Shown here: piece after piece, positions 38,385 to 50,859 of the stretch
Layout: the number at the start of each line of letters is the position of its first letter
Position numbering within the stretch: the stretch's first letter is position 1
Assembly (NCBI GenBank): GCA_002269645.1
Contig: NIVC01000075.1
Coordinates: 128,996-192,995 of the forward strand
DNA: 64,000 nucleotides
Direction: 5' to 3'
From: Macrostomum lignano
Lineage: Eukaryota
The notes under the pieces: generated by a model
The model's input: only the letters and a program-made list of their open reading frames with translations
What the model was told of the DNA's origin: nothing
Database searches by the model: none
Translations under genes and position numbers: made by a program

Positions 38385-38855
38385 ACTGGGACAGGTGATG
38401 CACTAATGTGACAAGTGAGGCACTAATGGGACAGGTGATGCACTAATGGGACAGGATGCACTAATGGGACAGGTGATGCACTAATGAGACAGGTGATGCA
38501 CTAATGTGACAGTGACAGGTGATGCACTACTGGAACAGGTGATGCACTAATGGGACAGGTGATGCACTAATGAGACAGGTGATGCACTAATGGGACAGGA
38601 AATGCACTAATGGGACAGGTGATGATGCACTAATGGGACAGGTGATGCACTAATGGGACAGGAAATGCACTAATGGGACAGGTGATGCACTAATGGGACA
38701 GGTGATGCACTAATGGGACAGGTGATGCACTAATGGGACAGGTGATGCACTAATGGGACAGGTGATGATGCACTAATGGGACAGGTGATGCACTAATGGG
38801 ACAGGTGATGCACTAATGGGACAGGAGATGCACTACTGAGACAGGTGATGCACTT
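38385..38855. repeat. 20-bp minisatellite (GATGCACTAATGGGACAGGT)n
   Basis: Tandem periodicity. Confidence 0.95.
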
Positions 38856-39391
38856 AAGTAGTGGGCACGTTAAAGATATTTGTTAACCCAAATCCGCGCA
38901 TTAAAAAACCGGGTGACAAAATATGTATAACAAAAGCAGACGTTCAACCAGCAATTGTTCATACACTGAGATCGCTAATATGATACACTGCATTAATATT
39001 TATATACACACAAGTACATTACAGAGACGCGTATCTTTGCACACAGAATAGTCCATCGATTTTGGTAATTTGAAAGAAATTTTTCTGTTTTTAATATAAA
39101 TATATATATAACACAAATATTATTAAATAAATGCGCACCATAATATGGTATTATCGCAACGCGAGGGAGTAGCCATCAGTGAATAGGCATAGATATAGGA
39201 ATCTGCAACAGACTAACTAATATAAAAAACACTGCATGTCAACGGAACAGGGAAATTTTTAGATGGAAACAACTTCTTTGCTTTCTTAAAACATAAAAAG
39301 ACGAAAAATCGCGAAAACAAAGAATCCAATAAAAATTTAGTCACAGATTGAAAAATAACCAGGTAAAAATATCAAGCTTCCGGCTGAATCG

Positions 39392-42300
39392 TTAGGACTC
39401 CCATTCGTCAGTGACAAGGTTGCTGGCTGAGGGAGGCTGCACAGGAGCTAGATTGCCGCCACTCCTGCAATAGTGAAGAATTGCTTTTCTTTTCAACTAC
39501 TGTTAGTAGCCAAATACAGCATTTCACTGGATAAAGGAACTGCAATACAAAATAATATTTTACAATTGGCCCCAAGGACCTGAAGATTTGAGAGGCTGGC
39601 GCAGCAACTGAGGATCTGGGAGGTAAGGCCAGCAACTGAGGATCTGGGAGGCTGATCCAGCAACTGAGGATCTGGGAGGCTGGGCCAGCAACTGAGGATC
39701 TGGGAGGCTCGCCCAGCAATCGAGGATCTGGGAGGCTGGCCCAGCAACTGAGGATCTGGGAGGCTGGCCCAGCAATCGAGGATCTGGGAGGCTGGCCCAG
39801 CAATCGAGGATCTGGGAGGCTGGCCCAGAAATCGAGGATCTGGGAGGCTGGCCCAGAAATCGAGGATCTGGGAGGCTCGCCCAGCAATCGAGGATCTGGG
39901 AGGCTGGCCCAACAATCGAGGATCTGGGAGGCTGGCCCAGCAATCGAGGATCTGGGAGGCTGGCCCAGCAATCGGGGATCTCACTCACCTCTTAATATCG
40001 GAATTCGACGGTCTCCTGTCAGACCGGTTTTGTCCTCGGCCACTTTTAGGCCTGCCGCTCTTCTTGCCACCGCCGCCTCCTGTGCGCTGGCCGCGGCCCA
40101 AGGCCATCTGGCATCGGCAGTGCGACGTCGGCAAACCGCAATTGCCACAGGAGTTTTGCTGCTGCTGTTGTTGTTGTTGTTGTTGTTGTTGTTGAGGCTG
40201 ATGGGGCTTGTCAACTGGAGCCAACCTGTGTGTGATGAGTAGGTGCAGTGGTTTGAGACCAATAGATCTAGGGTTCTGACATCTTGGAGCTAGGGTTCTG
40301 ACACCCTGGAGCTAGGGTTCTGACATCTTGAGGCTAGGGTTCTGACAACTTGGAGCTAGGGTTCTGACATCTTGAGGCTAGGGTTCTGACACCCTGGAGC
40401 TAGGGTTCTGACATCTTGGAGCTAGGGTTCTGACACCCTGGAGCTAGTGTTGATAGCTTTTGGAGCTGGGGTTCTGATTGCAATGCGCCAGGGTGTCAAA
40501 AACTGCACCCGCATTTGTTTTCATGTTAAAACTTAAAAGCAGATATTTGCTTTCGCTCACCCTTTAGCGGGTGGTAAGCGACCGCCGCCGGTGCCCATTA
40601 ATCTGGGCGCAGTAGGGGCAGCAGCTCGGCCCAAAACGACGGACGGCACTCCAACGGCTCTCGATGGTCCTGAAACCCTGTTGCTGTTGCCGCCGCCATC
40701 GCCAGATGCGGGCCGATCAATATTGCGCTGCTGTTTTCCACCGCTAAAAAGGAAGCAGCCAAACTTAGAGAGAGATAAGTTTGAGTTTAGAAGTGAGAAG
40801 CAATTTGTTTCTATTTAAGAAACACAAACACCTGTGCATTAAAGTTTAGAATGGTTGGTTCCATGGGTGACCTACATGTGACTAGTATATGACCTGCATG
40901 TAACTCGTATGTGACCTACACATAGCACGTATGTGACCTACACATAACACGCATGTGACTTACTCATAACTCGTCTGTGACCTACACGAACTCATGACCT
41001 ACACATAGCACGGATGTGACCAGTGACCCTCATGTGACTCCCATGGTGACTTTTACGTGACCGTGCTAGCTTTCAATTTACGTGATCTTAGACAATTCGA
41101 TTTCCAATAATTAATCACGCATAACACTGGAAATCAAACTTAAAGGCACTCCAAACCCCTAGTTAAAGACTTGACTAAAAAGTGCTGTAGAAGTAAATCA
41201 AAGGATTAAAGACCGCATTTACCCGGAACGCTTAGTGCCAGGCCCTCTGTCGCCTCCGCCTCGAAAGCCGCCTCCACCGCCTCCGCCGCGTTCATCCCGG
41301 CGCGGTTGACGAAGTCCCGCTCCTCCTCCTCGACTGTCCCCAGTCATCGGCGACTGCTGACGCGGCTGCTGTCCAGTCGCCGGTTGAACTTGCCTCGTCG
41401 CAGCGTCTGCGGCGGCAGTAGTATCGGGACTAGTTGCCCGTTTCTGTAGGGTGTTCTTTAATACGTTATATTGCCAGCCATTGAATCGGCTGCTAGTAGC
41501 CGCAGGCGGAGCCGGACTGGCCAGCTTAGGAGTTGTCTGAGGCGACGCGCCGTCAGACGATCGCTCAGTCTTCTTCAGTGCCTCAGCAGCGGCGGCGGAG
41601 TCAGCTTTAGCTTTCTCATCGGCTGCCACCACGTCCTCCCAGTTGGCGCTGCAGCTGGTCCAGCGGCGTTCATCCCCCGATAAGGAATCGAAAGGCGACT
41701 CTTCGGCTTCGTGAAAATCTTCATCCGCTTCCTCCGCCTCCTGATCATCATAATGCCCGTCTCTTTCGTCTGGCTCGTCGCCGACATCGTATTCTTCGGC
41801 ATCTTCTTCGGCATTGTGGCCGCATTCCTCCTCCTCTTCTTTCTCTTCTTCTTCTGCAAAACAAGTTGATTTATGTGGAATTCTATACAGATCTTAGCAC
41901 TATTTCACGGATAAAAAACTGTGGTTTGACTTCTAATAGCTCAGAAGATAACGGGTCTGACTGTCGCGCTATAGTACCCCAGGTTTGATCCCGTGAACCT
42001 TGGATGCTTGTATTGTACACCATATGTGAGCGCGTGCCACCTCCAGGGAGGAATCCGTAGCGAGGAAATCTCATTTTGCCTCTCCCGTATTGAGAATGCG
42101 GAGCACTTCATCTGTGAATGCCACGCCTTTACTCGGGATAGGCTCACCTACTGTACCTCGGCCTTCCCGACGTTTTAAGACCCGAGAATCTCTGCCAGCT
42201 CATCTGCTACCTAAGGACTACCGGGGAGAGCAACCATCCACCTCCTGGACTCTCCGGATGGCAGAATGGGCGTCAACGCCTCCCCGCTGTATCCGGATAC

Positions 42301-45300
42301 CCGGAACCCCCTGCAGCTGAGTCAAGTCAAATTCGAATGCGCGCTCAGGCCTCAGCGGAATGGGCAGGACTGCCAGTCTCCTACCTAGCTGCGGTTCGAC
42401 TGTCGCCCAGATCTACGACCAATACCTCTATGCTTAACAAAGTTTGTTTTCACTGTGAGATTTCACTGAGAGTTGTTCCGGTTCCAGTACCCAAATCCCG
42501 CACAAGAAGGCAATATTGCTTATTGGAATAAAAGTAATTACCTTCTTCATTCCGCTCTCCATTGTCGGGCACTTCGTCATCGTGTAGCTCAGCGGAATTC
42601 CCTGCGCACTCTACTTCTGGCCTGGGTTCGGAATAATAATACGGGCTAGTACTAGAGCCGCCAGTGCCATTATTTCTGCCATTAGTACTACTGCCGCCAT
42701 TAACAATAGCACCAGCTGCAATACAATCGGACACTGGCACTATTACAGGATGATGCATTGGCTGCATTGACATTGTCACTGGCGGCTGCTGACTGGGATG
42801 AGGCCCATGGTGATAACTAGTTGGCGGCGGCATCTGCGGCTGGCCATAGACTAAATGCTGCGGCGGCGGTTGCTGACCGGGCGCCGGTAGGAAATGCGGG
42901 CCAATCATACTTGATAGATCCAGCTGCATCGGATGCTGCGGATGATGCTGCTGCTGCCGCTGCGGATGATGATGAGGCGCCGCGTACAAACCGGAGTGGG
43001 AATAATCCGATTGGGCATAGTCAGACATTGGCGGAGCGTGCGACATGGCGTGATGATGGTGAGGATGATGATGATGATGATGCGGTGGCGGATGCTGATG
43101 ATGGCCATACTGCAGGGGCATGGACTGGCTGACCTGCGGAATAGGCGGTGGCAGCATCATGGACTGAGGCGGCGGCGGCGGCGGATGAGTCTGGTGATGA
43201 AGCTGATGCTGCAGCTGCATTGGCAGCGATATTTGCTGAGAGTACAATTGCAACTGGTGCTGTTGTTGCAACAAATGTTGCTGCTGTTGCTGCTGCTGCT
43301 GAACGGAGACACTCGAGGAGGTCGGACTAGTGACCTGGGAGCCGGGCAAGGACGCAGCCCGTACAGCGTTCCGATCCACGAGCACAACAACTTGATCGTT
43401 GTCTTCGTCGTCCTCGGCATAATCCAGCCCCTCGGCATCGCTGTCAACAGCGCGGCCGCCGTTTAACATACCGGCTTCATCGTCGGCAATGGGGCGCAAC
43501 ATGCCCTGACAGATTAGCGGCGCGAACTCTTCTTCAAATGGCGATATTGCGTTCAAAGCAACTGAGGGCGCGGATGAACGCGCCGCCGCGGTAGTGGCAC
43601 TGAATGTGTACACCTGGCGCGGCAGGTCGGGATTCTCCTGCAATCGAATGTCCCGATGATGAGAAGCAGCATGACTGCTAACCGTTTCTTTAACGGCTCC
43701 GGTCAGCAAGTCGGAGAAATCCGCAGCCAATTTAGCTGCAAAATCTTCGTCAACAACGGCATGGTCAGTTTCGGTGTCATTATCGGGCCAGGCTTCGACA
43801 CGCAGCACCCGCCTAGATCGGAATCGGCACTCGCCAGCTGATCGCAATAGAAACGCTCGACCATCTTGGCCGCCAATGCGATTTGCGAACCAATTTGGGT
43901 CTTTTAGCACAGCCTGTTGAGCTGGTTCCGCTAAGCAGCACTCAAAGCTGAGCTCAGGCACAGCCGAATACCTGGTATCGGATTCAGCATCCACTATGCG
44001 ATCTCTACTGATGTTTTCAGTTTTGCCAAGATCAAAGAATCGAACTGACACGCTGGCGGATGATTCGGAGAGGACTCGCCCGCGACCCCAGGTGCCGTCG
44101 CGACTCATGGCGTACACTCGCTGATCCGGACGCAGCGCCAATGGGGAAGTTGCCTTAGCAGAGCAAGCTTCAAGAACAGTTCGAAAGCCCGGCTCAACAG
44201 CTCTGCGCAGTTGTAAATCAGACTGGATATGGCTGATCAGCTCGAATCGGACTGGGGATGCCTGGCAAGCTGTAAATATGCCATACGGGGACAGATCGGA
44301 CAGTAGGCAGCAGCGAACTATAGGCCGCCGAGATTTGTCACTGTTTGCGGTTAACGATTTCAAATCTTTAGCAAGATAATTGAAAGCCGTCTGACCGAGT
44401 GCGCCGTCGCATTCCTGTCTGACAGAGAGCTTATCTAAGCGATGCTTCAATTCGGTTAGGCTAGCAAGTATGTCGGAATTGGCTGGCAACGGCAAAGCGT
44501 ACCAACCAGTCGGGTCGGTGTCCATCAGATTCTCCGAGGGTAAGCAGCGCTGGAGGCTGGGCTTCATCTGAGACAGAAAGTCGGGCGGCTTATATAGTGG
44601 TCTAAATGCATGATAACAATGAATTACAAAGTATTCAGTGCTATTAACTCACCTGATTCATACTAAGAAACTTCTGCAACAACTCATCGTCACTTTTTGC
44701 GCTACTAACTGCGTCCAGTTGAAGACTCAAATCGGTAAAATCTGTAACAGACTTGTCTAGACGCTGTTTTGTCTTAACAAGATTGTCGCGTTTCTCGTCG
44801 TAACGGCTGGACACGAAGTTGATAGCATCCTTGCGCAGACTGTTTACCTGGTCGGTAAGGCCAGCCAATTTAGCCACTATTGCGTCCGCGTCTGCGTTAA
44901 TCCGAGCGCTAACGGCCTGGCAGCTGGAAAAACAATAGGTGAAAAATTGCATGCCATTGTATGCTTTTTAGCTCGTTGCTTTGTGTCTTTTCTCCACCAA
45001 CCTGCCTCGCTTGTAAATGCACCAAAAAAACAATACTCACTCCTCTTCGATCAGGCTAGAGTCCTTTGAACACAACAGATTCTGTAGCTCCTGGGAGCAG
45101 TGTTTTGCTGCAGCCAGATAAGTGGCACAGTCTTGCTTTTCTTTTTCCCACAGCTCGAACAGCGCCTGAATTTTTTAGTGTTTTTTAGTGTTATTGCAAA
45201 GCAGTTTTAATTCATTAAAAAGTTAATTACAAAAAAGCAAGTTGAAACATGCAGTGAGCTGCTCACCTCTTTAGACACCAAGGTTGGCTTGTGGGCAACA

Positions 45301-48300
45301 GCTAATGGTCCAACATGATACTCAAAGAAACAATTGGAGCACAGCTGCACCTGACCATTGCCTGTTAATGGAAAAATGGATGCAATATGAAACATAAATT
45401 ATTCTTTACATCTTTTTGTAACATAAATTAGCAAAAAACAGAGCTGTCAGTTCTTAATGTTGCCTGTCTTAATTACAATATAATAAATTTTGTTTTTAAC
45501 AATTTCTCAATAGATAAATACAGTGCTGCTCTCTCTATTATATATATAGGGAAAACATTCTAGAAAGTCCATGCTAAGACTTCCAAAAACTGCAAAAACT
45601 TTTCCACTTAACTAAGTTTTAATATTGATAATCAGCTTATCTAAAAAAGGTATTGCTAAGAAATAAAAATATAAAAATAGCATCAAGAATATATGCCTAT
45701 ATAAATTTATTTTGTAACTTGAATAAAGATAGCCACAAAATTAGGCATTTTTGTTTTAAACTTGTTGGGTATAATTTTGATTTTGGCTAATACACTTTTT
45801 CAGGTACATTGATGCCCAAAATTTTAGGCTCATGATAAAAGAATTGTTAGAATCTTTTGCTCTGCTATATATGTTGCACATTTTAAAAAAAGGTTCAAGT
45901 TCTATTTTCATTATATTGTCAGATGAATGCTTGAACCTTGAATTGAATGCAAATAGTGCCTTAGTCAAAATAGTATACAAAAGAAAGAACTTGAAAGGTA
46001 TGTTAGAGACTTATCACCTTAACAATGGACTAAGCACTACTAAGATAAGGATAGAATACTACAATTATTAGGAAGTTGCAACTAGTGAATCTATATAAAT
46101 TGATAATATACCTAAAAAAAAGTCAACATAGAAAGAGGCAAATCTAAATCTGCCCATATTAACTTGTCCCCAACCTCTAGTGTCTACCTTATAGGTCTTA
46201 TAGGTTTGTCTTATCATTAAACTTGTAGGCTCCACAGATCACCCTTTCTTTATTTGATTGCTAACCTGTCAGTTAGCAACCCTCTAAACACCAAAAACAC
46301 AGTCTTTTACATTGGTTAATATTGATTGAAGACTTAAGAAGGCAATGCAATAGGTATATTCTTATTGTACCTGCCTCTAGTATAGATTCTAAGCATTTTT
46401 TTAATGCTAAGATAATGATTATAGCTAAAAAGAGAAATTGGCTCTTAGCTAAAACTGTGCAACAGCTATTGTTTATCAAAGCTAATTTGAACTTGAAGCT
46501 ATAAATATGTTTAATAAATAATAACACCTTTAAATATTTTGAATATGAATAACCAAAGCCAAGAACAAATAAGAATCAAATATAAAACTTTCTTCAAAGT
46601 CTGCATATATGATTGCTTTATTGGCTTCAAAACTTTGGGTGATTTATAGGTTTTGGGTCTAGATGAATTATTATTTCAAGTTTTAAATATCAGTTAAAAT
46701 CATTTTAGGTCTTAAAGCTTAAAATGCTCAGAAGCTTAAACATAAAAATTTAGTCTATAAAAATTCAGAACTTAGTCAACTATAACAAATATTAGGTTAG
46801 TTATCTCATTTATTTATCATCATACAAAAATTTAATCTCTTATTGCTAGACTTAAAAAGTCTTGCATTTTATACTATATATTTAACTTAACAAATGCAAA
46901 TAATATAGTTGTATATCCTAAAAATATTGACTTTATCATAAACTAAATAACTTCCTAGCTTGTAATATTTAAAGTTAATTAAGGCACTTTTAATAAGATC
47001 ATATTGCCAAGGACATTCACACTATTAGGGCTATTGATTGGGTAGCCTGCCTAATTAAAAGGGCAATTTTCTACTATTGTTATTTATTGCTATAGTGATT
47101 ATACTATATACAATAAATCAATTATTGTTAAGATAAATGTAAAAAGTAATATTAGGGCTTAAATAATTACATGACAATATAAATAGTGAAGCTATTATTT
47201 TTATAGTGATTTTATCAATGACTAAATGGCTATTTTAGCCATTGAAAGTAATATTATCACATTATATTTATAATTAAGTTAGATGAAGCCCATACTCTCA
47301 ATAGAATATACCCTAAAAATTCAGGTATACATTAGCATTAGCCTTGTATGCCAAGTCAAATATGTATAGTTGGCAATTTGGCATGTATGATTCTTAACAA
47401 CATAGTGTGCATACACACCTGGCATGTACTTTTTAGAATCACATAAAAGAGTTGCTATAAAAAAGATAGAAAAATTCACTTTTAAGCGTAAATTTCAAGT
47501 TTTCTAGTTTTTAGCTTGTAATAAGACAGTCAAACAAATGTTTATACATATTAATTTTCCACTCTAAATAGTATTAGCAAGAAAGATAAATAATCAACCA
47601 AATTATCAGCCAAAAACATTTTTATAGAACTCAAAAAATGTCATTTATTGTTGCAACACTGGCCTAGACAAGTGTGGGCACTAGGCATGCATTTACTATG
47701 GGCTAGGGCCTAAGATAAGGGACGTTATCCTGAAGATTCCCGCATTTAATTATAACCCCCACCCCCCATGGCCACCACCCTTGAATAGAGGGCAAAATAA
47801 TTTGTAAAATAATTAAACGCAGGAATCTTCAAGATTGCCAGATAAGGATGGTCAGTTAAAAACTATAAGTTACTATAACTATTGTATCATTCACTCTTAT
47901 TTTTACTCTTATATTTACAGTACAGCTTCTTAGAATCTGTTAACGTCAAAGTAGTGGCTCTAAATTTTGGCAATAAGATGGCCGCCATCTCTATTGCTGA
48001 ATGGATTCTATATTAGTGACATGGCCACCTTCTATGTCTTTAAGTTTGAACCCATTCAAATATTCAATGCTAACGACACGGCCGCTGGCGATGTGCAGGG
48101 TTCCCACTCTCGAGTGTGACACAACGGAAACGGCCGCCGTCTGTAAGTTTTTGCATTATAGACACGGCCACCGTGTATTTAAGCGTGGCCTTTGTTTTAT
48201 ATGTTGACCGTAGAAATAGTGTCATTTTGACGATTAATACGGTCACATTACAATAACAACTGCCAATTAAAAAACGAAAATTCCCTAGGCAGGCTAGGCT

Positions 48301-48457
48301 AAGCTGTCCATAATATGTCATGACAGATAAGACAGAACCCAAATATGCTCAAAATGTGAATCATTACTAGTTTCCACCGCAAAATGCGATACTTACTTGT
48401 CGTGCACCCTGTACAGTAGATTGTAGGAGGATTTTCTTTACACCTAGAACACTTCAT
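39392..48457 (-). CDS. B-box + coiled-coil + extended Tudor protein with a long Q/H/P-rich, acidic and RGG tail, 1172 aa; join(48457-48397, 45361-45267, 45165-45041, 44923-44653, 44567-42542, 41853-41223, 40225-39989, 39464-39392)
   Basis: Spliced N-terminus MKCSRCKENPPTIYCTGCTTSNGQVQLCSNCFFEYHVGPLAVAH (B-box pattern); helical region; Tudor core DGTWGRGRV...VRFFDLGKTE...VPELSFECCL. All 7 introns are GT-AG with matching phases (1,0,2,0,1,2,2); total 3519 nt. Confidence 0.85.
39590..39980. repeat. 28-bp minisatellite (GAGGATCTGGGAGGCTGGCCCAGCAATC)n in the last intron of the Tudor gene
   Basis: Tandem periodicity; starts about 8 nt after the donor. Confidence 0.95.
40265..40480. repeat. 22-bp minisatellite (CTAGGGTTCTGACATCTTGGAG)n
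   Basis: Tandem periodicity. Confidence 0.9.
40865..41065. repeat. Degenerate repeat with a GTGACCTACAC core
   Basis: Motif recurs about 8 times. Confidence 0.7.
41935..42335 (+). mobile_element. Putative SINE: tRNA-like head plus a LINE-ORF2-like 3' remnant
   Basis: TAGCTCAG (41937) and CCAGGTTTGATCCC (about 41980) resemble A/B boxes; the downstream frame ENAEHFICECHAFTRDR resembles the C-terminal zinc knuckle of non-LTR ORF2; short AGTCA repeat at the end. Confidence 0.45.
45520..47661 (+). mobile_element. Highly decayed hAT DNA transposon remnant in intron 1 of the Tudor gene
   Basis: 46322-46504 reads YILIVPASSIDSKHFFNAKIMIIAKKRNWLLAKTVQQLLFIKANL, resembling the hAT dimerisation domain. 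Possible ends CAGTGCTGC (45521) and GCAACACTG (47653-47661), but no 8-bp TSD, so the boundaries are tentative. Confidence 0.55.
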
Positions 48458-49455
48458 GTTCTCTCTGTGGTGCAATACCTGAGAAAATGAAAATGAAAAC
48501 AAGCCTAGTTTTAAATAAAAATTTTATGTATATAAACAAAATGTGTACAATTTAGTGTAAATATATTGGGAAAGTTTAATTAACTACTTCTCTTGCTTAC
48601 CACATCTTAAAAAATTGATAGAAAATTGCGCAGTGTAAATGTTCATGTTAATAAAAAAACAAGATTCAAAAGCCGTTGGATGTCCACGACAGGGTTTGAA
48701 GTATTGAAGAGTGAAGACTATCAAAACACGCGCTTCTGATTGCGGATTATTTATTTGTACAATCCTTGCCGATCGATCTAAAAACGCGAGAGAGACACAA
48801 GAATTTTATACGACCCACAGCTTCACTACACTGTAAATTTGACTGAGTCTTGATTGCTTTCCATTTCAAATTTATTCTTCAAAATTTAAATTCATACTGT
48901 ATTGAATACTGTATTGAATACTGTATTGATTAATTGAGAGAGAAACCAACTGAGAGACCAACACTGTATCGCGTCACTCACTGTGCGCGGGCCCAATTTG
49001 CTACATGAACAACCGCGTGGTAGAATCAAACTATATATATAACTGTACATGTAGTGTGCTAGAAAAACTACTAAACTCTGAGATTAACTTCAGGCTTCAT
49101 TCCAGTCTCTAAATTGGCATCCCCTTTCGGAGAACATGTATGTACACATAACTTATTGTATAAGTTAGAGATTAGTAGGTATCCGTCTGTATCTTAATAT
49201 ATACATGTATGTACAAAAAGAGAATTGCATGCAAGTTTGATTTAACTCCTCGAGTGTTTGATAGCAGACAGAAAAGAGTTCGGTGTATTTGTCGACGTCG
49301 TAATTTTTCCATTAAATCAAACCAAACAAAATACATCAGTAAAATTTATCCAGCACAACTAGACGACATAGAATCAGCCATGCCAGTATTTTAATCTCCC
49401 AATTAGTACGAGCACAGCACTATACTACTGCATGCTACTACTGTTTGAACTGACA

Positions 49456-50324
49456 TCAGTAGCCTTTGCAGAACACTCTGGCATCGCACATGCGTCTGCA
49501 ACAAAGCGACATGGCCACGTGCGCGTGAATTCCTCGTTTAATTATTGTCGCCTCATCCGGCAGGTCGTAGTCGTCTAGAAGCTCGTCAGTTGATTTCTCG
49601 CTAGTAGGATTGCCGGATCTCTTTTTCCAAGGTGGCGGAGCGCTTAGCGGCAGATATCCCTGAGCCGGATCGATGTAGCCGTCTTTGATTCCGAAGCTCT
49701 CCAGGTGTTTGATTGACCGGCAGAGCCAGTCTATCATGACGGGACTGGCCGGACCGCAATAAAGGAATTTGCCTTTATGCTGTGACTCAGCGCTGGTTTG
49801 ACAGCAGCTGATAGACATGACCATCAGACTCAGCAGGAGCGCAAGGCCTTGGCTCTTCCGTCCGGATAGAAGGTTTACTAAAACAAAGGATATAAAACGT
49901 TACATGAGCGTATACAACAATGAGAAGTGAGTGCCGGTCTTAAGAAGCAAAGCCAGGAGGGCAAAAAATGGAAAGTTGAATGAAGTATGATAATCATTAC
50001 AGTGAAGGGTTCACATTCTGAAAGTAGAGCTACAATTTTGAGAAATCTAAAGTCAATAACTGGGGAAAAGTAGCTATTTAGTGGCTAACACGTCCTGAAT
50101 GCATTGGCATTGGCGGAATGAGCATGATTTACCGATAGCCCCTTCACTTGGCTGTGGGTCAACCTGTAGAAGTATCAGAAGCCCTCCTGCAAAACGAATT
50201 ACAATTCAGCGACACAGCAACATAACATTGGCACGCTGTAGCAAAGCGTCTCAATTTCTACCTACTAAAAATTAATGACGCGAAAATGTACATGTCAGGT
50301 GAACAAAAACTTACCGTTACCCAT
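49456..50324 (-). CDS. Insulin/relaxin-family prepropeptide, 143 aa; join(50324-50315, 49877-49456)
   Basis: Hydrophobic signal (GLALLLSLMVMSISCC); B chain YCGPASPVMIDWLC (C-x11-C); dibasic sites KKR and KR; A chain GIHAHVAMSLCCRRMCDARVFCKGY; phase-1 intron G|GTAAGT...ttttag|TA. Confidence 0.8.
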
Positions 50325-50859
50325 GACAAATGCTCGTTCGCGGCTCAAAAAACTCTTAAATCTACTATTTAGGAAGCTGAGAATTTCCAACTGGCAGCGA
50401 CTGTGCGCTCGGCTACGAAGCGCTTAAATATACGCTTCAACGCTTCATCCGATCTTAGTCCAGATGTTCCACATCAATACGTTTCTCATCTTGATTCCAG
50501 ATGCCTTCTATCATCCATGAGAATTCGCTGAGGCTTCTCAAAAGATTGCGAATCGGGTTACTGCGCGGCTAAACGCGTTATGTCGACAAAAATTGTGAAA
50601 TAAAAATACTTGGATTAAGCGCACAGTGCTAAAGATTTTCTTACTAGATTACCGTCTGGGACAGCGTCAAAAGGCGGGAACAGAACATTTTCTTTAGAGA
50701 ATAAAGAAAATTAGAAAATTCTGCGAGTCGATGCTTAATTTTCCTGTCCGCCAGTTGAAAATTCTAAGAATCGAAGAATGAGCCATATTTGGAACGATTA
50801 AAATCATAGCTGTCATCATGACTCTTGCATGGGGTCACGCAAGTCTGCCCTTAACACTA

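Noticed and set aside
45521-47669. hAT TIR pair with an 8-bp TSD
   Set aside because: The 9-bp termini match at 8 of 9 positions, but the flanks GATAAATA and GCCTAGAC do not match, so the boundaries are not established.
49453-49458. Selenocysteine or readthrough at the ILP stop (TAC TGA TGT)
   Set aside because: I could not identify a SECIS by eye, and readthrough would not restore canonical spacing.
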